The position numbers were made by a program, and so were the translations under genes. A stretch of DNA of 64,000 nt, from NCBI GenBank assembly GCA_965237525.1, contig CBDEFO010000007.1, positions 806,786 to 870,785 on the forward strand. Reading direction: 5' to 3'. Shown one piece after another: positions 21,860 to 32,519 of this stretch. The notes below the pieces were generated by a model that ran no database searches, had not been told where the DNA came from, and worked only from the letters and a program-made list of their open reading frames with translations. The DNA is from Candidatus Latescibacterota bacterium (GTDB taxonomy: Bacteria; Latescibacterota; CBDEFO01). Each line of letters begins with the position of its first letter. Within the stretch, counting starts at the first letter, position 1.

Positions 21860-22000
21860 GTCATTGCGAGGAGCAAAGCGGTCCCCGATTGAGTCTATCG
21901 GGGAAGCAATCTCAAGGTTTTATAGTGGCCTCCTATGAGAGCCGGAGAGTATCACATCTACCACAGAATCGAGATTGCTTCGCCTTCGGCTCGCAATGAC
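21860..22000. repeat. REP/RPE-like inverted pair GTCATTGCGAG..AGCAATCTC / GAGATTGCTTCG..CTCGCAATGAC, containing a 23-bp hairpin at 21882-21904
   Basis: Related copies at about 2382-2416, 18089-18169, 43565-43671, 52300-52383 and (degenerate) 62927-63023. Confidence 0.75.
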
Positions 22001-22138
22001 ACCGAAGGTGGTTAAACGGCATAACTATAATATAATACAATGTCTTAATTAATACACGGCCTTTTTTTGTGAATTATTCGGGCTAATTTAAATAGCCATT
22101 AATTTAAAAGCCATAATCTTATCCAGACTGGAGAAGAT

Positions 22139-22606
22139 TTGATTCCGGGGACCTACATCCTGAACATAAAATTGTCCGATATCTTCGAAGCTGAGATAGG
22201 CAAGTTAGGTAAGTTTCACTTTCCCAAAGGAACCTACCTGTATGCAGGAAGCGCTCTCGGTGGACTTAAGAGCCGACTCTTGCGTCACCTAAGGGGCGGA
22301 TGTCTGCACTGGCATATAGACCATCTTTTGCTTTGCAGCCATGTAGATGGCGCATGGATTCTCGTATCCGAGCGGAGATTAGAATGCCTTGTAGCCGACA
22401 CTTTGTCGGAATACTTCTGGCAACCTGTTCGCTCCTTAGGCTCATCTGACTGCAACTTTTTTTCACATCTGTTCTATGCCCCAGTAAATTCTGATCTTAC
22501 CGATGAAGTCCCTCGACTGCTCAACTTAAGTTTCTCTGATGTTCCCTCTCTACACCTTGCCGCCGACAGATTCAACGACAATGTTCTTGTCGGCGATAAG
22601 ACGTGA
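22139..22606 (+). CDS. DUF123 / GIY-YIG-like nuclease
   Basis: GTYIL, YLYAGSA, RLLRH, HWHIDHL, GSSDC..SHLFY. Confidence 0.8.
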   Translation: MIPGTYILNIKLSDIFEAEIGKLGKFHFPKGTYLYAGSALGGLKSRLLRHLRGGCLHWHIDHLLLCSHVDGAWILVSERRLECLVADTLSEYFWQPVRSLGSSDCNFFSHLFYAPVNSDLTDEVPRLLNLSFSDVPSLHLAADRFNDNVLVGDKT

Positions 22607-22624
22607 TTGCTTCCATAGAAAAAA

Positions 22625-24547
22625 GTGACAGATCAACTACCATTACTTAAGAGGATACCCCTAATCTGTGGATTCGGTATCTTTCTATCTTACAGGCTCG
22701 TTGGCATTACATACGCTCAAATTACAGACCTTTCAGAGGACGTATTAGACGCAGACAGTCAATCGGGATACGAAGAGTTAGTTGAGGTCTTAAGCGGCGG
22801 ACGAATAGACCTCAACTTGGTACGGTCACAGGAACTTTCAATCGCACCTTTTCTGTCAGAGCAGGAGGCTCGGCTGATCCTGAGATTCCGCAGGACCAAC
22901 GGACCGTTTGAAAGCACAGATGACCTCTATAAAATAGAAGGTCTGGGAAGAGACACAGCCGAAGCACTCTCCAGATACGGATACGTTTCCGGTATCGCAG
23001 CGGACGTTCCGCCTCAATCGGTCAAAAAACATGGTAAACTAATATCTCGTGTCAGGTTGATCACAAAGGTTTCCGATGATGAATCAGGTTCTTTTTTCAA
23101 GTCGTCCAGATTCTACCAAAGGACGGAGCTTTCATCGGGACAGGACATAGATGTCCTCATACTTTCTGAGAAAGATCCCAAAGAAGACAGCCCCACGGAT
23201 TTTGCGGCAGGATACATAGAGATCAAAGACAAGTTCGATCTGGATAAAATTGTCTTGGGGAACTTGAGGCCTGGATTTGCTCAGGGACTGATATTTAGCC
23301 GATGGCAGTCGGTCTTGACGACTTCGGAGTCGGTCAAAAGGAAAGACTCCACATCCGTCGGCTATCGCTCCAGCTTTGAGAACGGAGCCTTAAGGGGCGT
23401 ATTCGCAAAGAAATCCCTCCCCAACTTCCAGGGAGCACTCTTTTTTTCATCCTCCAGAATGGACGCTGCTTTGGACAAAGAGGGAAACGTCACACGCATC
23501 GACGAAGACGGCGTTCACGTCTCCGACCTCCAGAAAGAAAGAAAAGACGCCCTTAAGGAAAAACTGACAGGCGCAAGGCTATCTTTTAAGGCAAATAAGG
23601 CGTTTAACTTAGGCACTACCTTCTCCTTCTCCTCCTTCGATCCGCCATTTCAAAGGGATAATATGGAGAAAAGACGCTTTGCTTTCGAAGGGGATAAACT
23701 CCTGCTTTTGGGATGGGATTTTGATTGGAGAGGAGAGAAACTGAACCTATTCGGAGAATTTGCACTATCGGATGAACCGAGCGCCGCCTACATTTTGGGG
23801 GCAGTGGCCGACCTGGGAGAAATAGACATCAGAGTGTTGGCCAGAAACTATGCTGCAGACTTCCACAGCTTTCACGGTTCGGCCTTCTCGTCCCTGGGCG
23901 GAGAAGTCAACAACGAAAAGGGCATATTCAGCGGGATAAGCTGGGATCTCAACAAAAGGACAAAGATAAGGGCTTTCCTGGATCAATACAGCCGTCCCTG
24001 GCGCACCTTTAGCGTGCCGCTTCCGACCCGGGGGACAAACTCAGGCGCTACAATTAAATATAACCTCTCCAGAACACTAAGATTAAGCTTGCGCTTCAGA
24101 TCAAAATCCAGCGAGAACTTTCAAGGAGAAATAGGCATCAGGGATAAAAGGAAGAACAATCTACGCGCAGACGCCGAATGGAGACTGCAGAAGAACTATC
24201 TTTTGAAGTGGAGAATCGAACTTTCGCGGGCTACGCTTAACGATGGGGAAAAGACCCCCAAAGGCATATCCGTCTTTGGAGAAATCCGCTTTAAGCCCTC
24301 GAAACTGCTCCGAATCAATACCAGACTCACACTCTTTGATACCGATTCCCGCGATTCGGAGATATATGAGTTCGAGCAGGATCTCCCGGGGCTCGGATTC
24401 CCAAGACAGTTGAACGGAAGGGGCATCAAGTGGTATCTGATAGGAAAACATAAGCTCAAATGGATGATCCTATCCGGGAAATACCGCATATTCAAACGAG
24501 AAACACCGGTCCGTGAATTTTCCTTTCAAACAGATATAGTCCTGTAG
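22625..24547 (+). CDS. Helix-hairpin-helix (ComEA-like) domain plus probable beta-barrel protein
   Basis: IDLN..EL, GPFESTDDLYKIEGLG, EKDPKE, amphipathic beta-strand C-terminus. Confidence 0.7.
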   Translation: MTDQLPLLKRIPLICGFGIFLSYRLVGITYAQITDLSEDVLDADSQSGYEELVEVLSGGRIDLNLVRSQELSIAPFLSEQEARLILRFRRTNGPFESTDDLYKIEGLGRDTAEALSRYGYVSGIAADVPPQSVKKHGKLISRVRLITKVSDDESGSFFKSSRFYQRTELSSGQDIDVLILSEKDPKEDSPTDFAAGYIEIKDKFDLDKIVLGNLRPGFAQGLIFSRWQSVLTTSESVKRKDSTSVGYRSSFENGALRGVFAKKSLPNFQGALFFSSSRMDAALDKEGNVTRIDEDGVHVSDLQKERKDALKEKLTGARLSFKANKAFNLGTTFSFSSFDPPFQRDNMEKRRFAFEGDKLLLLGWDFDWRGEKLNLFGEFALSDEPSAAYILGAVADLGEIDIRVLARNYAADFHSFHGSAFSSLGGEVNNEKGIFSGISWDLNKRTKIRAFLDQYSRPWRTFSVPLPTRGTNSGATIKYNLSRTLRLSLRFRSKSSENFQGEIGIRDKRKNNLRADAEWRLQKNYLLKWRIELSRATLNDGEKTPKGISVFGEIRFKPSKLLRINTRLTLFDTDSRDSEIYEFEQDLPGLGFPRQLNGRGIKWYLIGKHKLKWMILSGKYRIFKRETPVREFSFQTDIVL

Positions 24548-24732
24548 AACAATAAGAAGGGGGACATTCTGCCTGTTCCTGGTCTGGGGCAGACACGCAT
24601 GTCTTCACCTGTTGTCTACCTGTTTTTGTGCAACTTTAGTGAATATGTTCAGTCGTATTACCTAATGATGCATAAGAGTAGATCCTTCTGATTTCCCTAG
24701 GACGATTTCAAGGGCGAAACACCAGTTCAGTA

Positions 24733-27480
24733 ATGAAGACTCTTGCATTAACATTTCTCCTCTGCTCCTTTATTCAACCCTTAAAGTCCGATGTTTACCC
24801 CGAAGTTCTCTTCGAGTGTACCATTATTCCGAAGGAATATAGAGCAGGTAAGCTTCTAATAGAGGCGACAAATGCACAAAATGTTCTTATAATTTTTGGC
24901 AAGTTCGCCGGTGAAGCCCCTTTCGATAATACGGCTCCGTCCTACGCAGAAGATATTCTAGATCCAGACGTTCCGGGCAGCCTCAGCCACTTCTACTCCA
25001 CCATGTCCTCAGGGGCCTTTACGATCAAAGGCTCATTCCTGGGAAAGAGGTACTCCTCAAATTCGAAGGCCTCTGATTATGTTTCAGAGACCTCGGAGAC
25101 TGGTTTCGGAGATTTCGGACGTTTTGCGCTCGAAGTCCTCCAGAATGTAGATCAAGATCCATCAATCGATTTCGGAGATTACGATAATGATGGCCCCGAC
25201 GGGATACCTAATTCTGGAGACGACGACGGCTTTGTGGATTTCATCATCATCAGCTTGATGAGCAGACCGATAGGGTTTATATCAAAAACGGCCACAGGGG
25301 CGTTGTTTTTGGGCTTTTCCCATACCTTTACCACCGACGACGAATCGGCGTCAGGGGGCTTCATCAAGATCTTCCCGGATAATGGGGCAATTGCGCGCAC
25401 GTTTAACTTTAGCCACGCTGTGGGCACTATGGCGCACGAATACGGCCATAAGTTAGGTATTGGTGACTACTACGATACTTCTTTTCTAAGACCCAAAGAA
25501 CAGAGTCCCAAAGATGACTCTGCGGGGATAGGAGCGTGGGGCATCATGGGCACAGGCACCCTGGGCTGGAACGAGAATGATGGTCCCAATCCCTTCTGCG
25601 CCTATAGCTTAGAGCAGTTGGGATGGATAGGAAAAGACAACGACAGATTGATAGAATTAAACCAGGACATCTCAGGGATGGTAGTAGAGCCTTTCTGGAG
25701 CGGCGGCAATATCTACAAAATCAGGCTAAGCCAGACAGAATATCTTCTCCTTGCCAATAGGCGAAATTCCGTCAACTTTTACGACCGCAACATCCCCGGG
25801 AGTGGACTCTTGATATGGCACGTAAATACTGCCTTTAACGGCAACTCCGACGAAAGTAGAAAAGTGCTCGATTTAGAATGCGCTGATGGTCTCTACTTCG
25901 ATGCCGGATTCCCGTTGGGGAAAGATCCCGACCGGATAAACGGAAAGGATAATCTGGATTTCTGGGCGCATGATGAGGAATATGCCAAAAACAGAGGAGG
26001 CAATTTAGGAGATAGCACCGACCCGTTCGATGGCATCAGATTCACAACGTTTAGAGCCGATACGAATCCCTCCTCTCTTCAGTATGAGGAGGTGCCGGCG
26101 GTGGTTATGGATTTCAGGAAGAATTTAGTCGAACTGACAATAAGAAGAAGCGGAGCCAACATCCTTATAGATCTGTCAATAGAAAAAGACGTCTACTTCG
26201 GACACCTCTCCGGGTCATCCGTCCTCTCGACGGGAGAGGTGAAAGTGGGAGGCGACATTGAGATCGATCGGGAAACTTTGCTGCAGATAGAGCCGAAAAC
26301 AGAGATCAGATTTGCGCGGTCAGACGTGCTGGGCAGCGGGACAGACCCTCAAAGGTGCGAGATAATCGTAAGGGGAAAGATGAAAGCTGACAACGCTCTA
26401 TTCACATCTGAGGGACCTAATCCTGAAAAAGGCGATTGGTACGGGATAGTCGTCGGACGCCAGGGGACTGTGACTTTAAGAAGCTCGACTGTGGAGTACA
26501 GCCAATTCGGACTGACGGGACAATTTCCTTCCGGGCTGTCGTTCATCAGTTCCGTTGTGCGAAACACCTCAAGGTCTGGAATCGATCTGCAAAACAGCAG
26601 AAAAATTGTCGTAATTGTCGACTCCGTCGTAGAGGGCTCAGGAGGAAAAGGTGTCGTTATATCAGGCCCCAGCTATGTCTTGATAAACAGCACAACTATC
26701 TCGGGAAACGCCCAGGGAGGCACAATCTTGAGCGATTGCAGCTCTGAGATCCAAAATAGCACCTTTTCAAAAAATGGAGAGGGAGCCGAAATTAGTATCC
26801 AAAGGGGGAAAAACAGTATCATAGAGAGAAACAATATAAGCGGCAAAACAGGAGTAGAAGTCTCTCAAACCCCGCTGCTCTTGATAAGAAATAATACTTT
26901 CCAGAACAGCAATGTCGGAATCGCTTCGGCTTCGTCGTCGACTGTAATATCTAAGAACACTTTTCTGAACATTAAAGAGGCGATAGTAATAGAAAGCGGA
27001 AAAGTTTCTGTGGAACTTAACGCCTTTGTCGACAACGGGAAAAATGTGAGAAATCTATCTAAATCTCCGATAAGCGCAAATTTCAACTGGTGGGGGACAT
27101 CAGACCCTCATGACATAAGGGACAAACTAGAGGGTCCGGTGGACTGGAGCATATTTCTCATGTCAGATCCCACCGTGCTGGACATACCCTTTGCCTTAGA
27201 GCAAAACTTCCCGAATCCCTTCAATTCCACCACGATCATACGCTACCAGATTCCAGCCACAACCAGCATTACAAGGGGCGGTAGAGCACTGCTTGTCATC
27301 TATGACATCTTAGGGCAGAAGGTCAAAACACTTGTGGATGAGGATCCTCTTCCGGGGTTTCACTCTGTCTTCTGGGACGCCAGGGACGATAAAGGGAGAA
27401 AGGTATCCAGCGGGGTCTATTTCTACAGACTAACTGTGGCGCAATTTTTGGATACCAAGAAACTCCTACTGCTAAAATAA
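24733..27480 (+). CDS. M6-family (immune inhibitor A-like) metalloprotease with beta-helix and FlgD-Ig C-terminus
   Basis: HEYGHKLGIGDYYD, WGIMG, GLLIWHV, beta-helix repeats, QNFPNPFN..SSGVYFY. Confidence 0.85.
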   Translation: MKTLALTFLLCSFIQPLKSDVYPEVLFECTIIPKEYRAGKLLIEATNAQNVLIIFGKFAGEAPFDNTAPSYAEDILDPDVPGSLSHFYSTMSSGAFTIKGSFLGKRYSSNSKASDYVSETSETGFGDFGRFALEVLQNVDQDPSIDFGDYDNDGPDGIPNSGDDDGFVDFIIISLMSRPIGFISKTATGALFLGFSHTFTTDDESASGGFIKIFPDNGAIARTFNFSHAVGTMAHEYGHKLGIGDYYDTSFLRPKEQSPKDDSAGIGAWGIMGTGTLGWNENDGPNPFCAYSLEQLGWIGKDNDRLIELNQDISGMVVEPFWSGGNIYKIRLSQTEYLLLANRRNSVNFYDRNIPGSGLLIWHVNTAFNGNSDESRKVLDLECADGLYFDAGFPLGKDPDRINGKDNLDFWAHDEEYAKNRGGNLGDSTDPFDGIRFTTFRADTNPSSLQYEEVPAVVMDFRKNLVELTIRRSGANILIDLSIEKDVYFGHLSGSSVLSTGEVKVGGDIEIDRETLLQIEPKTEIRFARSDVLGSGTDPQRCEIIVRGKMKADNALFTSEGPNPEKGDWYGIVVGRQGTVTLRSSTVEYSQFGLTGQFPSGLSFISSVVRNTSRSGIDLQNSRKIVVIVDSVVEGSGGKGVVISGPSYVLINSTTISGNAQGGTILSDCSSEIQNSTFSKNGEGAEISIQRGKNSIIERNNISGKTGVEVSQTPLLLIRNNTFQNSNVGIASASSSTVISKNTFLNIKEAIVIESGKVSVELNAFVDNGKNVRNLSKSPISANFNWWGTSDPHDIRDKLEGPVDWSIFLMSDPTVLDIPFALEQNFPNPFNSTTIIRYQIPATTSITRGGRALLVIYDILGQKVKTLVDEDPLPGFHSVFWDARDDKGRKVSSGVYFYRLTVAQFLDTKKLLLLK

Positions 27481-27556
27481 GTCCCAAAAACGCTGTTGAC
27501 AAAAGGCCATTTTAATTTTATCTTACAGTTACGGAAAATCTGTGGTCTTTTTGTGT

Positions 27557-28018
27557 ATGGCCTCTATGCATGAAAAATGGATAAGATCGGCTCTGATATT
27601 GGCAGAAAGGGCGCTCAAGGAGGGCGAAATCCCGGTCGGTGCTGTCGTGGTTATGGACGACGAGATTATAGGCTCAGGCTACAATCAAACAGAACATAAG
27701 AACGACCCGACGGCCCACGCTGAGATATTAGCTATACGGTCGGCTTCAGGGCACCTGGGCTTTCAAAGGCTTTCAGGATGCTCTCTTTACGTTACCTTAG
27801 AGCCGTGCCCCATGTGCTCTGGTGCACTTGTGTTATCCCGAATAGACCGTTTAGTTTTCGGAGCGAAAGATCCCAAATCGGGAGCCTGCGGCTCTCTGTA
27901 CAACTTAGTTCAAGACAAAAGACTAAATCACAGACTCAAGGTCACATCAGGTATTTTAGAACAAGAGTGCAGCCAGCTTCTCAAGTCGTTCTTTAGGAGT
28001 ATAAGGGAAAACAGGTAA
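27557..28018 (+). CDS. tadA: tRNA adenosine(34) deaminase
   Basis: EIPVGAV, HAEILA, TLEPCPMC. Confidence 0.92.
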   Translation: MASMHEKWIRSALILAERALKEGEIPVGAVVVMDDEIIGSGYNQTEHKNDPTAHAEILAIRSASGHLGFQRLSGCSLYVTLEPCPMCSGALVLSRIDRLVFGAKDPKSGACGSLYNLVQDKRLNHRLKVTSGILEQECSQLLKSFFRSIRENR

Positions 28019-28022
28019 AGGT

Positions 28023-28112
28023 GGAGAGGTGCCTGAGCGGTTGAAAGGGGCGGTCTCGAAAACCGTTGTATCTTTGCGGATACCGGGGGTTCGAATCCCT
28101 CCCTCTCCGCCA
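28023..28112 (+). tRNA. tRNA-Ser(CGA)
   Basis: Cloverleaf with long variable arm, anticodon loop CT-CGA-AA, GTTCGAAT, GCCA end. Confidence 0.95.
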
Positions 28113-28122
28113 ACCTTATATC

Positions 28123-28216
28123 GGAGAGATGACCGAGTTGGTCGAAGGTGCACGACTGGAAATCGTGTGTGGGGTTAGAAACCTCACCGAGGGTTCGAAT
28201 CCCTCTCTCTCCGCCA
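28123..28216 (+). tRNA. tRNA-Ser(GGA)
   Basis: Cloverleaf with long variable arm, anticodon loop CT-GGA-AA, GCCA end. Confidence 0.95.
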
Positions 28217-28240
28217 TTGACCTCACGCGCCATTAAGGGT

Positions 28241-28615
28241 ATGTTCAATAACATAAAAATAAGAGTCGGAAATGTCGAATTAGCAGCAGAACTGAACGAT
28301 TCCGAGACAGCTAAAATGATCTGGGAAGCCCTCCCTATCTCATCCTCCTTCAGCACCTAGGGAGATGAGATATACTTCTCGATACCTGTGGAAGCGGGCG
28401 AGGAGAATGGAGCTGAAGTCGTCCAATTAGGAGATCTGGGTTACTGGCCCCCGGGTACTGCTTTCTGCATATTCTACGGCAGGACTCCGAATAGCGTAGG
28501 CGATGAAATTCGCCCCGCAAGCGCGGTTAATATCTTGGGCAAAGTTACGGACGATCCAACTGTTCTTAAGGATGCTGTAAAATCGGCTTCCAATATCTCT
28601 ATAGAAAGAGCTTAA
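28241..28615 (+). pseudogene. Cyclophilin-like (TM1367/DUF369) protein with in-frame TAG
   Basis: T*GDEIYF where the family has TWGDEIYF (TAG at 28358-28360); continues GDLGYWPPGTAFCIFYG. Confidence 0.8.
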
Positions 28616-28699
28616 GAGTGCAGTAGACAGTCAGGGAATATTTCTCGGCTTACCGCGTGATCATTTTAGGAAAAGCCCTAGTTAGAAAGCTGAAGAAAC

Positions 28700-29485
28700 A
28701 TGATCAAACAAGACGAGATTGCCGTTGCCAACCAACGGCTTTGGGAAGAAGAGGTAAAGAAGGGCTGTGGGTTCACGATCCCGTGGCTGGATATGGACGT
28801 CGCCCTCGCTCGCCAGTATGCGAAAGGTCAATTGGATCCTGACACGTACCCGTGGTGCGAAATGTACCCTCCCAGCGGGCTGCTTGACGTTGAGGGCAAG
28901 GACGTCCTCTGCCTTGCATCTGGAGGTGGCCAACAGTCAGCAGTCTTCGGGTTGCTTGGCGCACGGGTCACAGTGGTGGATTTCACCGAGGGGCAACTAG
29001 AGGGGGACAGGAAAGCGGCGGCGCACTACGGATATGAGGTGACCGCCATTCACGCTGACATGCGAGATCTATCGTGTATAGATGCTGAATCATTTGACCT
29101 CGTGCATCAGGCGGAGTCCCTCGGCTATGTCCCCGATGTTCGGCAGGTGTATTCCGAGGTCGCCAGGTTATTGAGAACCGGCGGAGTCTACCGAGTGGCT
29201 CACACACAACCGGCCGTACATTCCGCAGACTGGAATGGCGATTGCTATCGCATCACCAGGCCATATGCCGAGAGACTCCATCGCCGCGAGGACGATGGTA
29301 TTGAGTTTCACCATTATATGAGTAATATTTTCAATGGGCTTATCGCGCTGGGGTTTTCCATCGAACAGGTCCAGGAATCACCGTATCATCAGCGACGTGA
29401 CCTACTACAAGCCACCCCGGGAAGCTGGACGCATCAGCGGACGTACGTGGCGGGGTACTTCGCTATTGTGGCGAGGAAGGAGTAA
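28700..29485 (+). CDS. Class I SAM-dependent methyltransferase (cassette 1)
   Basis: VLCLASGGGQQ, VTVVD, ADM, SFDLV; flanked by GTTAGAAAGCT (28681) and its complement AGCTTTCTAAC (29488-29498). Confidence 0.88.
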   Translation: MIKQDEIAVANQRLWEEEVKKGCGFTIPWLDMDVALARQYAKGQLDPDTYPWCEMYPPSGLLDVEGKDVLCLASGGGQQSAVFGLLGARVTVVDFTEGQLEGDRKAAAHYGYEVTAIHADMRDLSCIDAESFDLVHQAESLGYVPDVRQVYSEVARLLRTGGVYRVAHTQPAVHSADWNGDCYRITRPYAERLHRREDDGIEFHHYMSNIFNGLIALGFSIEQVQESPYHQRRDLLQATPGSWTHQRTYVAGYFAIVARKE

Positions 29486-29522
29486 GGAGCTTTCTAACCT
29501 ACCTATGCAGCAGCCCCACAAA

Positions 29523-29760
29523 CTATACCGTGGTAGTAAGGGAGTGACAAGTCCTGCTGACAATTTGTAGGGAATGATATTGAATTGGTGTTTTATACAG
29601 TCCGTACATAATTCCTACAAAACTTATGATAATTATGACTTCACAGAATGCTATTTTTAATATTACAGGTTTTTTGTTAATATTTCAGTGGGGTCTTATA
29701 TAGCTCAAACAGCTGTATATAGGTTCTTAGCGTAGAAAACTGTATAAGCCCTGGTTATGT
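29523..29760 (+). repeat. Partial intI-tail + attI-like module
   Basis: Encodes RGSKGVTSPADNL* (stop 29570); GTATAAG-CCCTG-GTTATGT with G at 29754, 184 bp after the stop. Confidence 0.8.
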
Positions 29761-29783
29761 CCTATTAAGAAGGAGAATTTACC

Positions 29784-30190
29784 ATCAAGCTAAAAGTAGT
29801 AGTACACGAAGCAGAAGAAGGTGGTTATTGGGCGGAAGTGCCTTCTATTCCTGGCTGTGCAACTCAAGGAGATTCGTTTGACGAATTGTTAAACAATATT
29901 TATGAAGCCGTTGAAGGCTGTTTATCTGTAGATGTACAAGACATAGCGGTATCAGGAAAAGATAAGGTGATGGAGATTGCGGTCTAAAAGTTGTCAGTGG
30001 CAAAAGGTTGTCTCGGCTGCTTGAGCAAAAGGGCGGGGAATTGAAACGCATTAATGGGAGTCACCACATTTTTGCTAAAAGTGGCGGTAATGTACGCATT
30101 TCCGTTCCAATATATGGCAACAAGCCGTTGAAGGGTGGTTTGCAAAGGTATCTAATGAAACTTGGTGGAATTGATAAAGCTGAACTGTAA
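29784..30190 (+). pseudogene. hicB-hicA cassette copy 1 (hicB start ATC, hicA start CTA)
   Basis: Duplicate of 35156-35562; ACATAAC inverse core at 30197-30203. Confidence 0.8.
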
Positions 30191-30253
30191 ATACACACAT
30201 AACACATAATTGCACGAGACGCAAAACAGCGGGCTTTTTTGAATAAGTGATCT

Positions 30254-30388
30254 CATACCGCTCCCCTTTACAGAATGATATTTTTAATATTACAGGTTTT
30301 TTCTTAATATTTCGGTGGGGTCTTTATATAGCCTAAATAGCTGTATATAGGTTCATAGCCTAGAAGGCTGTGTAGGTCCTAGTCATGC
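30254..30388 (+). repeat. IS3 left-end remnant fused to truncated attI-like module
   Basis: CATACCGCTCCCC joined to ACAGAATGATATTTTT..; ends GTCCTA-GTCATGC (core site GTT changed to GTC at 30382). Confidence 0.75.
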
Positions 30389-30403
30389 CTCAGGGAGTAA
30401 TTA

Positions 30404-32077
30404 GTGAACCTAGATAGCTTAATCACCGTTGCCAGTTTATTCATCGGAGTTTATGCAATCCTTCCAAGGGCAAGACGATTGGAGATTTCTCTTCGTTTTG
30501 GCATGTTCGGATGGATGGTTGTACTGGCATCGTTTGTTGCAATCCTTTACCTTCAATTTTATCAAACATTCCACACGTTAGGCTTGACCCCTGGCCTCAA
30601 TCTTTCCAGATGGTCAATAACAACATCTAACGCGTCCTTTATCGTATTGTTGTGTATGGTTTTGGCTCTATATACCTATTTAGGAGTTAAAGGACTATCA
30701 AGATCTAATGTTACAAAGTTTCGTGAATTTGTCTTTGAGCTATCGAGGGAGAGGAGATACTCTGAGTTATTTTCGTTAATTGAAAGGCATCTTAATAAGA
30801 TTGAGCGCATATATTACGGTAATTTTATTGGCTCTCGACTTCGTGACTATTTTGAAAAGAACTCAAATGAGTTTTCTACACCATTGTCTCTTGCCGATAG
30901 TGCGGACGAAAGAAATAAATCTAAATCTTCGTTTATATTGAATAGAGCTGATAAATTAAAAAGGAATATATACAGACAATTGGCCGCCTACCTTCCTTCC
31001 TACGAAAGAAAAAAGGAGGTTGCGAAAGAGATAATTCATGAGGTTTTGGTAAATCGAAACACAGTAAACGCTATCGCGTCCATTAGGCCTTATTTCGCCT
31101 TACAAATTCTTGAGAAAAACTTTTACGAGAATAGCGAATTCGTTGACATCTATCTCAAATATTTAGCTGAAGATACCAAGAGTGTTTTATATCACGAGAT
31201 TCGCAACAACCAAAATCTCAAACTGCGTTATGAGTATGAGCTTCCAAAGAGAAATAGGCTTCTTAATTTCTTATTTGAAGATTGTCGTGTAGCGGAACGA
31301 TACGGACCGTACAAACCTATTGGTGAATTCGTTATAACCGAATTAGACAAGCTCTATGCACAAGCCACAGCACAAGCCACAGCACAAGCCACACCGGATC
31401 TGTACAACGAGCCTATCGGTGATTTCCAAGAAGATGGCCAATGGGAGTCCGAGTTACTCGTAGGTATACGATTCTTTGACATAATGGTGACTAGCGCCCT
31501 GTATCAAAATATAAAATATCATATGTGGCTTTATTACTATCCTCTTTTTGTAGAAAAAATCGTTAGAAATCTATCTCCAAACGAGAAACTTTCTGATCCG
31601 CATGACGAGTGGCCTACAAAATATCACTATGCCTTATACGAAATCACTTCATGTTTATGTAAATGGGTATCGTCTGTAGATCATATACCATTGAATCAAG
31701 AAAATGTTGTTTTAGGGACCACGTCTGCAGACCATGAGAACGGAAATATACCCAAAAGCAGTATGTTGGCTCTTGGGCGGATAACAGAGCACATACTAAC
31801 AAGTGTTATCATCACTGATAGATACAAGCAATATATTATGGGTATTGTTTATAAAAGATACTTTGATTTAAGACAGGTGGATAAAACACGGACGTACGCA
31901 GAAGCGCTGATAAATGCCATTCGGTGCGGTGGATCGATGATTCGTGTATCATCACTAGAATATAGCCAAACATTACTTGATACGTTCGAGGCCTTTGCCA
32001 GAGTGCCTTATGAAATGGAATTACCTAATGAATTGAGGAAGATTTTGACAGAAGATGTCAATCAAAAAGAGGCATAG
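30404..32077 (+). CDS. Hypothetical protein with N-terminal transmembrane helices (cassette 3)
   Basis: 557-aa ORF, about three hydrophobic helices then a soluble helical region; GTCATGCCTC / GAGGCATAGC boundaries. Confidence 0.75.
   Translation: MNLDSLITVASLFIGVYAILPRARRLEISLRFGMFGWMVVLASFVAILYLQFYQTFHTLGLTPGLNLSRWSITTSNASFIVLLCMVLALYTYLGVKGLSRSNVTKFREFVFELSRERRYSELFSLIERHLNKIERIYYGNFIGSRLRDYFEKNSNEFSTPLSLADSADERNKSKSSFILNRADKLKRNIYRQLAAYLPSYERKKEVAKEIIHEVLVNRNTVNAIASIRPYFALQILEKNFYENSEFVDIYLKYLAEDTKSVLYHEIRNNQNLKLRYEYELPKRNRLLNFLFEDCRVAERYGPYKPIGEFVITELDKLYAQATAQATAQATPDLYNEPIGDFQEDGQWESELLVGIRFFDIMVTSALYQNIKYHMWLYYYPLFVEKIVRNLSPNEKLSDPHDEWPTKYHYALYEITSCLCKWVSSVDHIPLNQENVVLGTTSADHENGNIPKSSMLALGRITEHILTSVIITDRYKQYIMGIVYKRYFDLRQVDKTRTYAEALINAIRCGGSMIRVSSLEYSQTLLDTFEAFARVPYEMELPNELRKILTEDVNQKEA
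31358..31393 (+). repeat. 12-bp tandem repeat x3 (GCACAAGCCACA; AQAT)
   Basis: Three perfect units, in frame. Confidence 0.9.
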
Positions 32078-32143
32078 CAAGTCGCTCCACTGGGCGGCAA
32101 TGGAGCGCAGCGGAATTGCCGCCCGTGAGCTTTATGGTTATGC
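32071..32143 (+). other. attC site
   Basis: GGCATAGC-5 bp-GCTCCAC, central stem GGGCGGCAAT/ATTGCCGCCC, GTGAGC, then GTTATGC. Confidence 0.88.
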
Positions 32144-32207
32144 CATACCGCTCCCCTTGACAGAGCGAAAATATTTTGCAAATTGGGGTTTGAGAAAGGA
32201 GGTCAAA

Positions 32208-32519
32208 GTGTCAAGCCCCGAAGTGAAAGATGGTAAGCGCTGGACGGTGACCCGTAAGGCAGAGGTCGTGTTGGCTCTTTTGAGAGGAGCGGATGTAGCA
32301 GAGGTGTGTCGGAAGAATGGAATTAGCCAGTCGCAGGCATATGCTTGGCGTGATAGTTTCTTAGAAGGAGGCCAGGAGAGTCTGAAGTCTCGGCGTGGTC
32401 GCAAGGATCCGAAGGAGCGGGAGGTCAGCCGTTTGGAGCGCAAGGTAGGGCAGTTGACGCTCCAGTTGGAGATACTCCAGGAAGTAGCCCGTCTAAAAAA
32501 AACGAAGCGATTGCCTTGA
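32208..32519 (+). CDS. IS3 OrfA (HTH + leucine zipper)
   Basis: VAEVCRKNGISQSQAYAWR, LERKVGQLTLQLEIL; AAGGAGG RBS. Confidence 0.85.
   Translation: MSSPEVKDGKRWTVTRKAEVVLALLRGADVAEVCRKNGISQSQAYAWRDSFLEGGQESLKSRRGRKDPKEREVSRLERKVGQLTLQLEILQEVARLKKTKRLP

Noticed and set aside
28358..28360. TAG readthrough or recoding in the cyclophilin-like gene
   Set aside because: TAG ends many intact genes here (recR, alaS, queF); a TGG-to-TAG nonsense change is simpler.
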